Shown piece by piece: positions 1 through 10,467 of a stretch of DNA of 50,956 bases; the first letter of the stretch is position 1; each line of letters starts with the position of its first letter. This stretch comes from Oscillospiraceae bacterium (GTDB lineage Bacteria > Bacillota > Clostridia > Oscillospirales > Oscillospiraceae), in contig JAGBAT010000001.1 of assembly GCA_017938835.1 (NCBI GenBank), forward strand, positions 1 to 50,956. The letters are read 5' to 3'. Below the pieces are notes generated by a model, which did not search any database, had not been told where the DNA came from, and saw only the letters and a list, made by a program, of their open reading frames with translations. The translations under genes were made by a program, and so were the position numbers.

Positions 1-33
1 CTGACAGCTCCCCTCGCCAATGGGAGCTGTCAG
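1..33. repeat. Perfect 12-bp inverted repeat hairpin CTGACAGCTCCC-N9-GGGAGCTGTCAG at the window edge, followed by a TGAGCGG-containing tail
   Basis: 1-12 is the exact reverse complement of 22-33. It may be truncated by the window start. Confidence 0.5.
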
Positions 34-82
34 CGAAGCGGACTGAGAGGTTGAGCGGTTGTTTTAGAAGAGCAGGGGTTGA

Positions 83-262
83 TCACACCGACAAAATCGA
101 ACAGTTTTGCCGCCTCTCCTGATCAAAGCAGAGGCTTTGGTCTTCATCCATGCTGCCGCGGATCGATTTCAAGTTACGTTGTGAACCGTTGAGGACGCCG
201 GTCCCTACAACAGGGCGCGATGCAAACTTTTCAATGCGCTGCAAAGGGCAGGGAACTTTCAT
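83..262 (-). CDS. Hypothetical small protein (59 aa from ATG 262; the ORF could extend to 283)
   Basis: Open frame with only a weak AGGG RBS. No motif recognised and codon usage is somewhat atypical. Divergent from comM. Confidence 0.2.
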   Translation of the reverse strand: MKVPCPLQRIEKFASRPVVGTGVLNGSQRNLKSIRGSMDEDQSLCFDQERRQNCSILSV

Positions 263-292
263 TTTCTGCCCTATACAAATCATAAAATTGTA

Positions 293-301
293 TGTTATAA
301 T
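293..301 (+). promoter_or_regulatory. Extended -10 element TGTTATAAT upstream of comM
   Basis: TGnTATAAT match read directly, about 55 nt upstream of ATG 355. Confidence 0.4.
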
Positions 302-354
302 ATATTTTATTTAAAATGCCAAAATATGGGCAAATTTCAATCAGGAGGGGAACA

Positions 355-1875
355 ATGGTCTCGAAAATTCGGTCTTTTGGATTAAAGGGCATCGGCGGCT
401 ATGAAGTGTCCGTGGAATGTTTCGTGTCCAACGGCCTGCCGGGCTTTGATATCGTCGGGTTGCCGGATACGGCAGTCAAGGAAGCCCGAGACCGCGTACG
501 TGCTGCCATCAAAAACAGCGGCTATAAGTTCCCCGCCTCCCGTATGACGGTGAATCTTGCTCCTGCGGATACGAAAAAGGCGGGTACGGTGTATGACTTG
601 CCGGTACTGCTGGGCCTGCTGTCTGCCACAGGACAGGTCAAGCGTCCTGCAGATGACTGTGCCTTCTTCGGGGAACTGTCCCTGACCGGAGCGCTGCGCC
701 CTGTGTATGGGGCTTTGCCCATGGCCATTGCCGCCCAGCGGGCGGGTGTGCAGCATCTGTTCGTTCCTGCGGAAAACGGTATGGAGGCCGCCTTTGCGGA
801 GAATATCTCCGTGTACCCTGTGAACAGCGTAGAACAGCTGCTGAAGCATCTCAGCGGAGAAGAGCCCATTGCGCCGCTGCCAACGCCCACGATCACCGCC
901 ATGGAAACCCATGTACCTGACTTTGCGGATGTGAAAGGGCAGGAAAACGTAAAACGTGCGCTGGAGGTTGCAGCTGCAGGCGGACACAACATCCTGATGT
1001 CCGGCCCTCCCGGGGCTGGCAAGAGTATGCTGGCCAAGCGTTTGCCGGGCATTCTGCCTGATATGAGCTGGGATGAGGTCGTGGAGACTACGGAAATTCA
1101 CTCCGTGGCAGGTCTTACAAGTTCTGCCCAGCCGGTGGTGTCTGTGCGTCCGTTCCGCGCTCCCCACCATACGGTATCGTCCCGTGCCATGAGCGGCGGC
1201 GGGACAAGTCCCCGTCCGGGGGAGATCTCCCTTGCGCACAACGGTGTGCTGTTTTTGGATGAGTTTCCGGAATTTCCCAATCAGGTGCTGGAGGTACTCC
1301 GACAGCCGTTGGAGGATGGTGTGGTCACTGTCTCCCGTGTGTCCGGCAGCGTCACATTCCCCAGCCGCTTTATGCTGGTAGGTGCCATGAACCCTTGTAA
1401 GTGCGGTTGGTATGGGCATCCCAGCGGCCGTTGCAAATGCTCCGGGGTAGCGGTGCGGAAATACCGCAGCCGCATTTCCGGCCCGCTGATGGACCGCATG
1501 GACTTGATTCTGGAAGTCCCTGCTCTGGAATATGAGGAACTGAAACGCCGCGATCAGGCGGAGCCCTCTGCAGAAATCAAAAAGCGTGTCAATGCTGCCC
1601 GAGATATCCAGCGGAAACGCTTTGCGGGAACGAAGATCACCTGCAATGCCCAAATGGGCCCCAACGAGGTGCGGGAATACTGCGCACTCAGCGAAGCGGG
1701 GGAGAAGCTCATGCAGCGGGCATTTGACCGTATGGGGCTGTCTGCCCGAAGCTATGACCGCATCCTTCGGGTAGCCCGTACCATCGCCGATCTGGCAGGC
1801 AGTGAAGACATCCAGCCCACCCATGTGGCAGAGGCCATCCAGTACAGAACATTCCAATATGGTGAAGAAAACTAG
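355..1875 (+). CDS. comM: YifB/ComM family Mg-chelatase-like AAA+ ATPase
   Basis: Walker A GPPGAGKS, an N-terminal Lon-like domain and a C-terminal Mg-chelatase domain. AGGAGGGG RBS just upstream of ATG 355; the track ORF starts earlier at 316. Confidence 0.9.
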   Translation: MVSKIRSFGLKGIGGYEVSVECFVSNGLPGFDIVGLPDTAVKEARDRVRAAIKNSGYKFPASRMTVNLAPADTKKAGTVYDLPVLLGLLSATGQVKRPADDCAFFGELSLTGALRPVYGALPMAIAAQRAGVQHLFVPAENGMEAAFAENISVYPVNSVEQLLKHLSGEEPIAPLPTPTITAMETHVPDFADVKGQENVKRALEVAAAGGHNILMSGPPGAGKSMLAKRLPGILPDMSWDEVVETTEIHSVAGLTSSAQPVVSVRPFRAPHHTVSSRAMSGGGTSPRPGEISLAHNGVLFLDEFPEFPNQVLEVLRQPLEDGVVTVSRVSGSVTFPSRFMLVGAMNPCKCGWYGHPSGRCKCSGVAVRKYRSRISGPLMDRMDLILEVPALEYEELKRRDQAEPSAEIKKRVNAARDIQRKRFAGTKITCNAQMGPNEVREYCALSEAGEKLMQRAFDRMGLSARSYDRILRVARTIADLAGSEDIQPTHVAEAIQYRTFQYGEEN

Positions 1876-1881
1876 AAGCTT

Positions 1882-1910
1882 CATCGAAAAGCCCTTTAGG
1901 CTTTCCGATG
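1882..1910 (+). other. Hairpin downstream of comM (CATCGAAAAGCC / GGCTTTCCGATG), no T-run
   Basis: 11 of 12 positions pair, read directly. No uridine tract, so terminator function is uncertain. Confidence 0.35.
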
Positions 1911-2080
1911 CGTTGACCCCGCCTGCAGCCACTTGCTGTGCCTGCACATTTGAAACCTGAGCGGTGTTTTTGCTTTGTATATGCCGGCCTGAAACACAAT
2001 TTAAATTGATCCGCCGCAGTGGCGGCGAACCCTGTGAGATAAATGTGATTGAGTATAGATTTGAAAGAGGTAATGATATT

Positions 2081-3259
2081 ATGAGAGATATGATCCTGCT
2101 GAAGCAGGGCGAGATCGTCCTGAAAGGTTTGAACAAGCGTACTTTTGAACAGAAGCTGCTGAGCAACATTCGCAACCGACTAAAGCTCATTGGCGATTTC
2201 AACGTATATTCCGTGCAGTCCACCGTGTACGTGGAGCCTAAGACCGATGACGAAGATCTGGATGCTGCTTTTGAAGCACTGAAAAAGGTATTTGGCATTG
2301 CAAAGCTCAGCCGTGCGGCAGCCTGTGAAAAGGACAAGGATGCCATCGTGGCACTGGCCAAGAGCTATCTGGCCGACGATATGGCAGCAGCTAAGAGCTT
2401 TAAGGTAGAGACCAAGCGTTCCGACAAGGCATTTCCTATGACCAGCATCGAGGTTTCCCAGTATGTTGGCGGCGAGCTCAGTGAAGCATTTCCCCATGTT
2501 CCTGTTGACGTGCGCAATCCCGATCTGGTGGTTCATGTGGAAATTCGCGACTATGCTGCCTATGTTCATGCCCAGCCCACCCCCGGTGCAGGCGGTATGC
2601 CCGTTGGCTCCAATGGCCGCGCTATTACCATGCTGTCCGGCGGTATCGACAGCCCTGTCAGCACTTATATGATCGCGAAGCGCGGCGTGAAGCTGATCCC
2701 TGTGCACTTTTTCTCCTTCCCCTATACCTCCGAGCTGGCAAAGCAGAAGGTCATCGAACTGGCGCAGATCCTTACCGACTATTGCGGCACCATGATGATC
2801 GAGATCGTTCCCTTCACGAAGATTCAGGAAGAGATCCGCGACAAGTGCCCTGAAGAGTACTTTACCCTGATCATGCGCCGCTTTATGATGCGCATTGCAA
2901 CAAAAATTGCCGAAGCCAACGGCTGCAAGGCCATTGTCACCGGTGAAAATCTGGGTCAGGTAGCAAGCCAGACCATGGAGGCTATGGCATCTACCCAGTC
3001 TGTGACTTACCTGCCTACCCTGCAGCCCCTCATCGGTATGGATAAGGAAGAGATCGTCACCATCGCAAGAAAGATCGGTACCTTCAGCACGTCTATCCTG
3101 CCCTATGAAGACTGCTGCACTGTCTTCACGCCCCGCCACCCCAAGACCAAGCCTACCATCGCTGAGGTGGAAGAAGTGGAAAAGGCACTGGATGTGGAAG
3201 CACTGGTCAATGAGGCTGTTGCCAACATTGAGAGGGTGAAGGTGAAGCTGGGTGAATAA
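2081..3259 (+). CDS. thiI: tRNA 4-thiouridine synthase / sulfurtransferase ThiI
   Basis: THUMP-like N-terminus and PP-loop motif SGGIDSPV. GAAAGAGG RBS before ATG 2081. Confidence 0.9.
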   Translation: MRDMILLKQGEIVLKGLNKRTFEQKLLSNIRNRLKLIGDFNVYSVQSTVYVEPKTDDEDLDAAFEALKKVFGIAKLSRAAACEKDKDAIVALAKSYLADDMAAAKSFKVETKRSDKAFPMTSIEVSQYVGGELSEAFPHVPVDVRNPDLVVHVEIRDYAAYVHAQPTPGAGGMPVGSNGRAITMLSGGIDSPVSTYMIAKRGVKLIPVHFFSFPYTSELAKQKVIELAQILTDYCGTMMIEIVPFTKIQEEIRDKCPEEYFTLIMRRFMMRIATKIAEANGCKAIVTGENLGQVASQTMEAMASTQSVTYLPTLQPLIGMDKEEIVTIARKIGTFSTSILPYEDCCTVFTPRHPKTKPTIAEVEEVEKALDVEALVNEAVANIERVKVKLGE

Positions 3260-4523
3260 CAGCCACGCAGTAGAGATCATCGGTGTCGGCACCGAGCTGC
3301 TGTTGGGCGGCACCACCAACACCGACGCAAGGGACATTTCCGAAATGCTCACCACACTGGGCATCAATGTGTTTTACCATACTGTCGTTGGGGATAACCC
3401 CGCCCGTCTGAAGCAGGTTATGGAGATCGCCATGGGCCGTGCGGATATTATCATTACCACAGGCGGCCTCGGCCCCACCTGTGATGACCTGACCAAGAAT
3501 GTTATTGCAGAGGCCCTGGGCAGGAAACTGGTGTACGACCCGGAAGAAGGCGAGCGTCTGAAAGCCTATTTTGAGCGCCGCCAGAAACCGATGACTGATA
3601 ATAATCTGCAGCAGGTGTACCTGCCGGAAGGCTGCATTCCCCTGTCCAACGACTGGGGCACCGCACCCGGCTGCATCATTGAAGACGAAAATCTGACGGT
3701 CATTATGCTGCCCGGTCCCCCTCATGAGTGCAACAGCATGATGAAGTACCGTGTGATGCCTTATCTGGAGAGCAAGGCCGGCGGTGTCATTGTCAGCCAT
3801 AACTACCGGATCTTTGGTATGGGCGAAAGTGAAATGGAGCACATCCTCCGTGATGACATGAACACTTATACCAACCCCACCATTGCGCCTTATGCCAAGC
3901 GCTACGAATGCTTTGTGCGCGTAACTGCAAAGGCAGACTCCGCTGAGCAGGCGGAGGCGATGATCGCACCTGTCGGCGAAATGGTGAAGGAAAAGCTGGG
4001 CAGTGTTGTTTACGGTGTGGATGTCAGCGGACTTGACCGCTTGGTTATGGATCTGCTGCTGGAGCGGGGATTGACTTTGTCTGCTGCGGAAAGCTGCACC
4101 GGTGGTCTGCTGGCGAAGCGAATGACGGACTTCCCCGGATCATCCGCTGTATTTGCGGGCGGTGTGGTTAGCTACACCAATGAAATGAAAATCAAGGTTC
4201 TGGGTGTGAAGCCTGAGACCATTGAAAAGTACACTGTGTACAGTGAAGAAGTGGCAAAGGAAATGGCAGAAGGGGTTAGAGCGCTTACCGGCAGTGATCT
4301 TGCCGTTTCTCTCACCGGTCTGGCAGGGCCCGATGGGGATGGAGTCCATGATGTAGGCACTGTGTGCGTTGGTCTGGCGACCGCAAAGGAAACCATGACT
4401 GCCGAGCTGCATATTCCCGGTAAGAATCGTGAAAATGTCCGTATGACTGCAACGCAGTGGGCATTGGATATGATTCGCCGCTACCTGTGCGGTCTGCCTG
4501 CCGAAATTAGAAGCATTGTATAA
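3252..4523 (+). CDS. cinA: CinA family protein (MoCF-like domain plus NMN deamidase PncC-like domain)
   Basis: GVGTELLLG and TTGGLGPTCDD at the N-terminus; AESCTGGLLA in the C-terminal domain. GTG start overlaps the thiI stop. Confidence 0.85.
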   Translation: MNNSHAVEIIGVGTELLLGGTTNTDARDISEMLTTLGINVFYHTVVGDNPARLKQVMEIAMGRADIIITTGGLGPTCDDLTKNVIAEALGRKLVYDPEEGERLKAYFERRQKPMTDNNLQQVYLPEGCIPLSNDWGTAPGCIIEDENLTVIMLPGPPHECNSMMKYRVMPYLESKAGGVIVSHNYRIFGMGESEMEHILRDDMNTYTNPTIAPYAKRYECFVRVTAKADSAEQAEAMIAPVGEMVKEKLGSVVYGVDVSGLDRLVMDLLLERGLTLSAAESCTGGLLAKRMTDFPGSSAVFAGGVVSYTNEMKIKVLGVKPETIEKYTVYSEEVAKEMAEGVRALTGSDLAVSLTGLAGPDGDGVHDVGTVCVGLATAKETMTAELHIPGKNRENVRMTATQWALDMIRRYLCGLPAEIRSIV

Positions 4524-4547
4524 TGAAACCGCCCGTTGGGCGTGAAA

Positions 4548-5516
4548 ATGAGGCATCCCATGAAACCCGTATTGTATATCGTGATTCCTTGCTATAACGA
4601 GGAGGAAGTCCTCCCCATCACGGCTCCCATGTTTCTTGAAAAACTGAATACCCTGATCGGTCTGGAAAAGATTGCGCCTGACAGCCGTGTGCTGTTTGTC
4701 AACGATGGCAGCAAGGATCGCACGTGGGAGATCATCTGCGGTCTGGCAGAGTCCGACGAACACTATAAAGGTATTTGTCTCAGCCGCAACCGGGGCCATC
4801 AGAATGCACTGCTGGGCGGGCTCATGACTGCCAAGGACCGGTGTGACATTACCATCAGCATTGACTGTGACGGACAGGATGACATCAACGCCATGGACGA
4901 GATGGTGGATGCCTATCTGGATGGTGCGGAGATCGTTTACGGTGTCCGCAGCAGTCGCGAGAGCGACAGCTTCTTTAAGCGCACCACGGCGCAGGGATTT
5001 TACAAGCTGCTGAATGTTATGGGCGCGGAGGTCGTGTATAACCACGCGGACTACCGGCTGGTGTCCTCCCGTGTGCTGCAGGAGTTTTCCAACTTCAAAG
5101 AAGTCAACCTGTTTCTGCGGGGCATGTTTCCCATGGTGGGCTTTAAGAGCACCTGCGTGTATTACGAGCGCCATGAACGTCTGGCAGGAAAAAGTCATTA
5201 TCCTCTGAAGAAAATGCTGGCATTGGCCTTTGACGGAATCACCAGCCTGTCCATCAAGCCCATCCGGCTGATCACGATTTTTGGTTTCTTTGTGGCGCTG
5301 CTCAGCGGTGTGGGGATCCTGTGGTCCGTTGGCACGGCCCTTGCGGGCAAGTCTGTGGCTGGCTGGGCCTCCATGGTTTGCATTTTCTGTTTCCTTGGCG
5401 GCGTGCAGCTCATCAGCATCGGTATCATCGGGGAATATGTAGGCAAAATTTATCTGGAAACCAAAGGCCGCCCGCGGTATATCATTTCCGAGACCACTGA
5501 CGAAAAGAAGAAATAG
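4548..5516 (+). CDS. Family 2 glycosyltransferase, GtrB / polyprenyl-phosphate glycosyltransferase-like with C-terminal TM helices
   Basis: IVIPCYNEE, NDGSKD and DCDGQD motifs, with two C-terminal hydrophobic helices. Start is ambiguous (4536 TTG, 4548 ATG or 4560 ATG). Confidence 0.8.
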   Translation: MRHPMKPVLYIVIPCYNEEEVLPITAPMFLEKLNTLIGLEKIAPDSRVLFVNDGSKDRTWEIICGLAESDEHYKGICLSRNRGHQNALLGGLMTAKDRCDITISIDCDGQDDINAMDEMVDAYLDGAEIVYGVRSSRESDSFFKRTTAQGFYKLLNVMGAEVVYNHADYRLVSSRVLQEFSNFKEVNLFLRGMFPMVGFKSTCVYYERHERLAGKSHYPLKKMLALAFDGITSLSIKPIRLITIFGFFVALLSGVGILWSVGTALAGKSVAGWASMVCIFCFLGGVQLISIGIIGEYVGKIYLETKGRPRYIISETTDEKKK

Positions 5517-5518
5517 AA

Positions 5519-5962
5519 ATGGATATTTTTGACCGGATCATGTCGATCCGCCTTCTGCGCTTTGCGCAGCCCTTTTATGTGAAATATAAAGAGCAGCTGC
5601 TCTACCTGTTCTTTGGAGGTCTGACTACCGTTGTCAGTATTGCATCCTTTGCTCTGTTTGCGGAATGGATGCACGTGGATGCGCTGATCGCCAATGTGTT
5701 TTCCTGGATACTGGCTGTGGCGTTTGCCTTTGTGACCAACCGAACATGGGTGTTTCAGTCCGATGAAGATGAATCCATCCTGAAACAGCTGACTACTTTT
5801 GTAGGTGGACGATTGGCGACATTGGGCATGGAGGAGCTGATTTTACTGGTATTTGCAAACCTGCTGCAGTTTGATGCGCTGTTGATCAAGGTTGTTGCGC
5901 AGATACTGGTAGTGGTGGCGAATTATGTCATCAGCAAACTGTTTGTGTTCAAGGCAAAGTAA
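5519..5962 (+). CDS. GtrA family membrane protein
   Basis: Four predicted TM helices and a typical GtrA-like sequence (FFGGLTTVV, TNRTWVF). Immediately follows the GT2 gene. Confidence 0.8.
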   Translation: MDIFDRIMSIRLLRFAQPFYVKYKEQLLYLFFGGLTTVVSIASFALFAEWMHVDALIANVFSWILAVAFAFVTNRTWVFQSDEDESILKQLTTFVGGRLATLGMEELILLVFANLLQFDALLIKVVAQILVVVANYVISKLFVFKAK

Positions 5963-5977
5963 CGGAGGAACATATTT

Positions 5978-6340
5978 TTGGGTATTGGAAGTGCGTTTAA
6001 AAGAATCAGAGATCAGCTGGTGATCGATCAGGTGCAGAGAATCGTACTTCCGGTGTTTCCTGATACACCTGTGTGCCGACAACGAATCAAGTTTTCCGGA
6101 CGGGTACAGCACGTAGGATTTCGGCTGGAAGTGTATGAGCTGGCAAACCGTCTGGGATTGACAGGCTGGTGCGAGAATCTGGAAAACGGTGATGTGTTGG
6201 CAGAGTTTCAGGGCACACGGGAGAAGATCGATTTTCTGGCGTCTTTTTTGGAATCTCTGGTGCGCATCAAAATCAGAAATAAAATCGTGGAAGAAATTTC
6301 TGTGATTCCGGATGAAACGGAATTTATCAGAAGAGCATAA
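5978..6340 (+). CDS. Acylphosphatase-like protein with an N-terminal extension of about 30 aa
   Basis: GRVQHVGFR matches the acylphosphatase signature. TTG start with a strong GGAGGA RBS about 10 nt upstream. Confidence 0.65.
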   Translation: MGIGSAFKRIRDQLVIDQVQRIVLPVFPDTPVCRQRIKFSGRVQHVGFRLEVYELANRLGLTGWCENLENGDVLAEFQGTREKIDFLASFLESLVRIKIRNKIVEEISVIPDETEFIRRA

Positions 6341-6341
6341 G

Positions 6342-6365
6342 AAAACCTCCCGTATGGGAGGTTTT
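6342..6365. terminator. Bidirectional intrinsic terminator between convergent genes
   Basis: AAAACCTCCC-GTAT-GGGAGGTTTT, a perfect 10-bp stem including the A/T runs. Confidence 0.85.
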
Positions 6366-6366
6366 C

Positions 6367-7560
6367 TTATGCTCTCTTTTTGTATGTAACCATGGTACAG
6401 ATACCCGTAAGCAATATCACCATGCCCAGAGCAGACAGGCCGGCACCGGCAGTGCCAAACAGGTCACCGATCCGGCCGGTGAGCGGACTGGCACCGACCA
6501 TGAGTACGCTGTATGCCATCATGTTCACACTGACCAAAGTTGCCCGCTGGTCACTTGGATACTGGCTGTTCAGGTATTTTTGCAGATGCAGCAGCCATGC
6601 GTTTATGGCACCGGAAGCGATCATAGCACCAATGATGGCGGGGACTACAGGCAGCAGGCCTGCTGCGATGGTACCGCAGCCAACCAGCAATGCAATCACT
6701 GCATACAGGCGCCATACCCCTTCGGTGTGCAGCTTTTCGCCCACAGACACACCTGCTATGGAGGCTAGACTGATGCACATGATGGGCAGTCCCAGCCACA
6801 TGGTAGCTACCCCCAGTTCACTCAGCCGCTGCTGCAGGAACATGAGGGTCAGATAGCTGGGCAGAGTCACCAGACCGTCTGCCAGCATAATGCAGGCGAC
6901 ATCAGGGCGTCTTTTGAGAAAACCTGCTGCGATGTGAATATGCTCAAGGAAGCGCTGTTTTAAATCCCGGAACGGATGTTCCTGCCGCTGAGCCTGCGTT
7001 TCGGTGACCGTAGGCTCGGTAAGGCTCAGTGCCGTGATGACCCGCAGCAGACCAATGCAGGCATCCAGAAGATAGAATCCCACATAGCTGAGCATACTGG
7101 CCAGCAAGCTGGCAGCGTTGCTGAGTACACGGCCGACGGTTTGAATTTTGGTATATTTTGCGGAGAGGGGGATATAGTTTGCCTCCTGTCCGGTCTGCAC
7201 CAGACTGTCATACAGCAGGGCTTCATCGCTGCCGGAAATGAAGCTGCAGGACAGGGAGGAGAAGACCATGGAGCAGCATACACCCAAAAAGGTGCTGCTT
7301 GCAGCCATGAGCAATGCGCTGATACAGCCGCATAGTCCTGCCATGGCCAGACTGCGCCGTCTGCCAATTAGGTCGGCAGCCATGCCTGAGGGAATCTCAC
7401 AAAGGAGACTGACCACATGGAAGATGCCTTCCGCCAGACCTATCTGCCACAGGCTGAAGCCGCGGGAAACCAGAAGCACCACCCACACTGCGTCAGTGAT
7501 ACGCAGACAGGCGGAAAATCCGAACAGGTTGAGCCTGCGCAGTTGTGTTTTAAGATTCAT
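6367..7560 (-). CDS. MFS transporter
   Basis: About 12 hydrophobic segments and an MFS-type loop motif GMAADLIGRRR. Start chosen at ATG 7560 (AAGGA 13 nt upstream); 7572 or 7602 are possible. Confidence 0.8.
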   Translation of the reverse strand: MNLKTQLRRLNLFGFSACLRITDAVWVVLLVSRGFSLWQIGLAEGIFHVVSLLCEIPSGMAADLIGRRRSLAMAGLCGCISALLMAASSTFLGVCCSMVFSSLSCSFISGSDEALLYDSLVQTGQEANYIPLSAKYTKIQTVGRVLSNAASLLASMLSYVGFYLLDACIGLLRVITALSLTEPTVTETQAQRQEHPFRDLKQRFLEHIHIAAGFLKRRPDVACIMLADGLVTLPSYLTLMFLQQRLSELGVATMWLGLPIMCISLASIAGVSVGEKLHTEGVWRLYAVIALLVGCGTIAAGLLPVVPAIIGAMIASGAINAWLLHLQKYLNSQYPSDQRATLVSVNMMAYSVLMVGASPLTGRIGDLFGTAGAGLSALGMVILLTGICTMVTYKKRA

Positions 7561-7890
7561 TTTGAGTACCATCCTTTTGTCTGTCGGTAAAAATGGGCGC
7601 AAAAAATCCGCTATGCCAAAGGCACGCGGTGCAAATCCTGTTTGCCCACGCTTTACCGCTGTATTTGAGTTAACTGCCTGAAAAAGGGTACACTAACCCC
7701 TTGTGCGGTATTAAGGGTTTCCTTTGGCCAGAAATCTGAAGCCCATGACCCAACGCATCAGGCGACACTCCTTTCGGTAAAGATGGTATGGTTGAAATAT
7801 AACACAGAGCATGAAAATATGCAAGCAAAGAATCATTGCTTTCCTGCGCGGTATGATTATGCTATGATCGAAGCAAAGGAGGGAGACCAC

Positions 7891-8352
7891 ATGACTGAAA
7901 TTACAGTGAATATCCGCAGATTCCGAAAGAAGATGGGGCTGTCTCAAAGCGAACTGGCACAGCAGCTGAATGTAACACGCCAGACGGTGTCGTCGTGGGA
8001 AAACGGAAAAACCTATCCGGATTTGGACATGGTGGTGCGCTTGAGTGAGGCTTTGGAAACCGACCCCAATCATTTGTTATATCCGAAAAAAAACAAAAAA
8101 ACGATAGAGGTCGGCAACATTTCTTTGCTGTGGACGGTAGCGGCAATGACTGTGTGTTTCCTCACATTGACGTTTGGATCGGCTCTCTGGGTTCCGCTGT
8201 TTTCCGCAATTTGCGGCGGGGGTGTGGCAGAGACATTTCTCTATCCCATCTATGGCGTGCTCATACTGCTTGTTGGACTCATTGTTTTCTGCACGTCTCT
8301 GATTATCGAAGAGCTGAGGGAACTGCGGTATAAGGATTCAGAGGATCTGTGA
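7891..8352 (+). CDS. XRE-family helix-turn-helix regulator with C-terminal transmembrane region
   Basis: HTH_3 motif LSQSELAQQLNVTRQTVSSWENG, then 3 hydrophobic helices. AAGGAGGGA RBS before ATG 7891. Confidence 0.8.
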   Translation: MTEITVNIRRFRKKMGLSQSELAQQLNVTRQTVSSWENGKTYPDLDMVVRLSEALETDPNHLLYPKKNKKTIEVGNISLLWTVAAMTVCFLTLTFGSALWVPLFSAICGGGVAETFLYPIYGVLILLVGLIVFCTSLIIEELRELRYKDSEDL

Positions 8353-8377
8353 CCGGAACGCAGGAAAGAATGGAGTT

Positions 8378-8438
8378 GTGCCCCATACACCTCATCCGCC
8401 CCTACGGGGCACCTTCCCCTCAAGGGAAAGGCATGAAA
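8378..8438. repeat. GC-rich hairpin module sharing a 12-nt block CCGCCCCTACGG with 30885-30896
   Basis: CCCC-TAC-GGGG and CTTCCC-CTCAA-GGGAAG hairpins. 8396-8407 is identical to 30885-30896. Confidence 0.45.
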
Positions 8439-8466
8439 ACACCCCGATTCGGTCGAATCGGGGTGT
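8439..8466 (-). terminator. lepA terminator hairpin
   Basis: ACACCCCGATTC-GGTC-GAATCGGGGTGT, a 12-bp stem 6 nt after the lepA stop, followed on the minus strand by GTTTTC. Confidence 0.7.
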
Positions 8467-8471
8467 AAGTA

Positions 8472-10280
<1,809 letters not shown>

Positions 10281-10332
10281 TGTGGTAACTCCCTCCACCG
10301 ATGTCGGTGCTGTTTTATTTCGATTACCCCTC

Positions 10333-10341
10333 ATTATACCA
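10333..10341 (-). promoter_or_regulatory. Extended -10 TGGTATAAT for lepA
   Basis: The reverse complement of 10333-10341 reads TGGTATAAT, about 55 nt upstream of the lepA start. Confidence 0.5.
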
Positions 10342-10372
10342 GAAGACAGGGGTTTTGAAAAGTGGATTGTAT

Positions 10373-10401
10373 GAAAAAGCCACTCAGAGAAATGAGTGGC
10401 T
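10373..10401 (-). terminator. Intrinsic terminator after the SCIFF maturase gene
   Basis: AGCCACTCA-GAGAAA-TGAGTGGCT stem followed by TTTTT on the minus strand. Confidence 0.75.
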
Positions 10402-10467
10402 TCACAAAATTTCGCATCCAAGGAGCAAAACTCATACAAGCTCCGTCAGGAGGTTGTATGAGGCTTT

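Noticed and set aside
382-2361. Very long antisense ORFs. Examples are 382-2361, 8766-10358, 20198-21943, 21660-23030, 27350-28660, 30996-32948, 42621-44483 and 49510-50847. The ABC-ATPase antisense set is 17179-18021, 29415-30329, 38769-39368 and 39618-40502.
   Set aside because: Each lies opposite a gene with clear family motifs and a proper RBS. Their translations are low-complexity (rich in H, Q, G, D, A, V) with no motifs or RBS. Stop-poor antisense frames are expected opposite GC3-rich genes, and the antisense frame of ABC ATPases is a classic shadow ORF.
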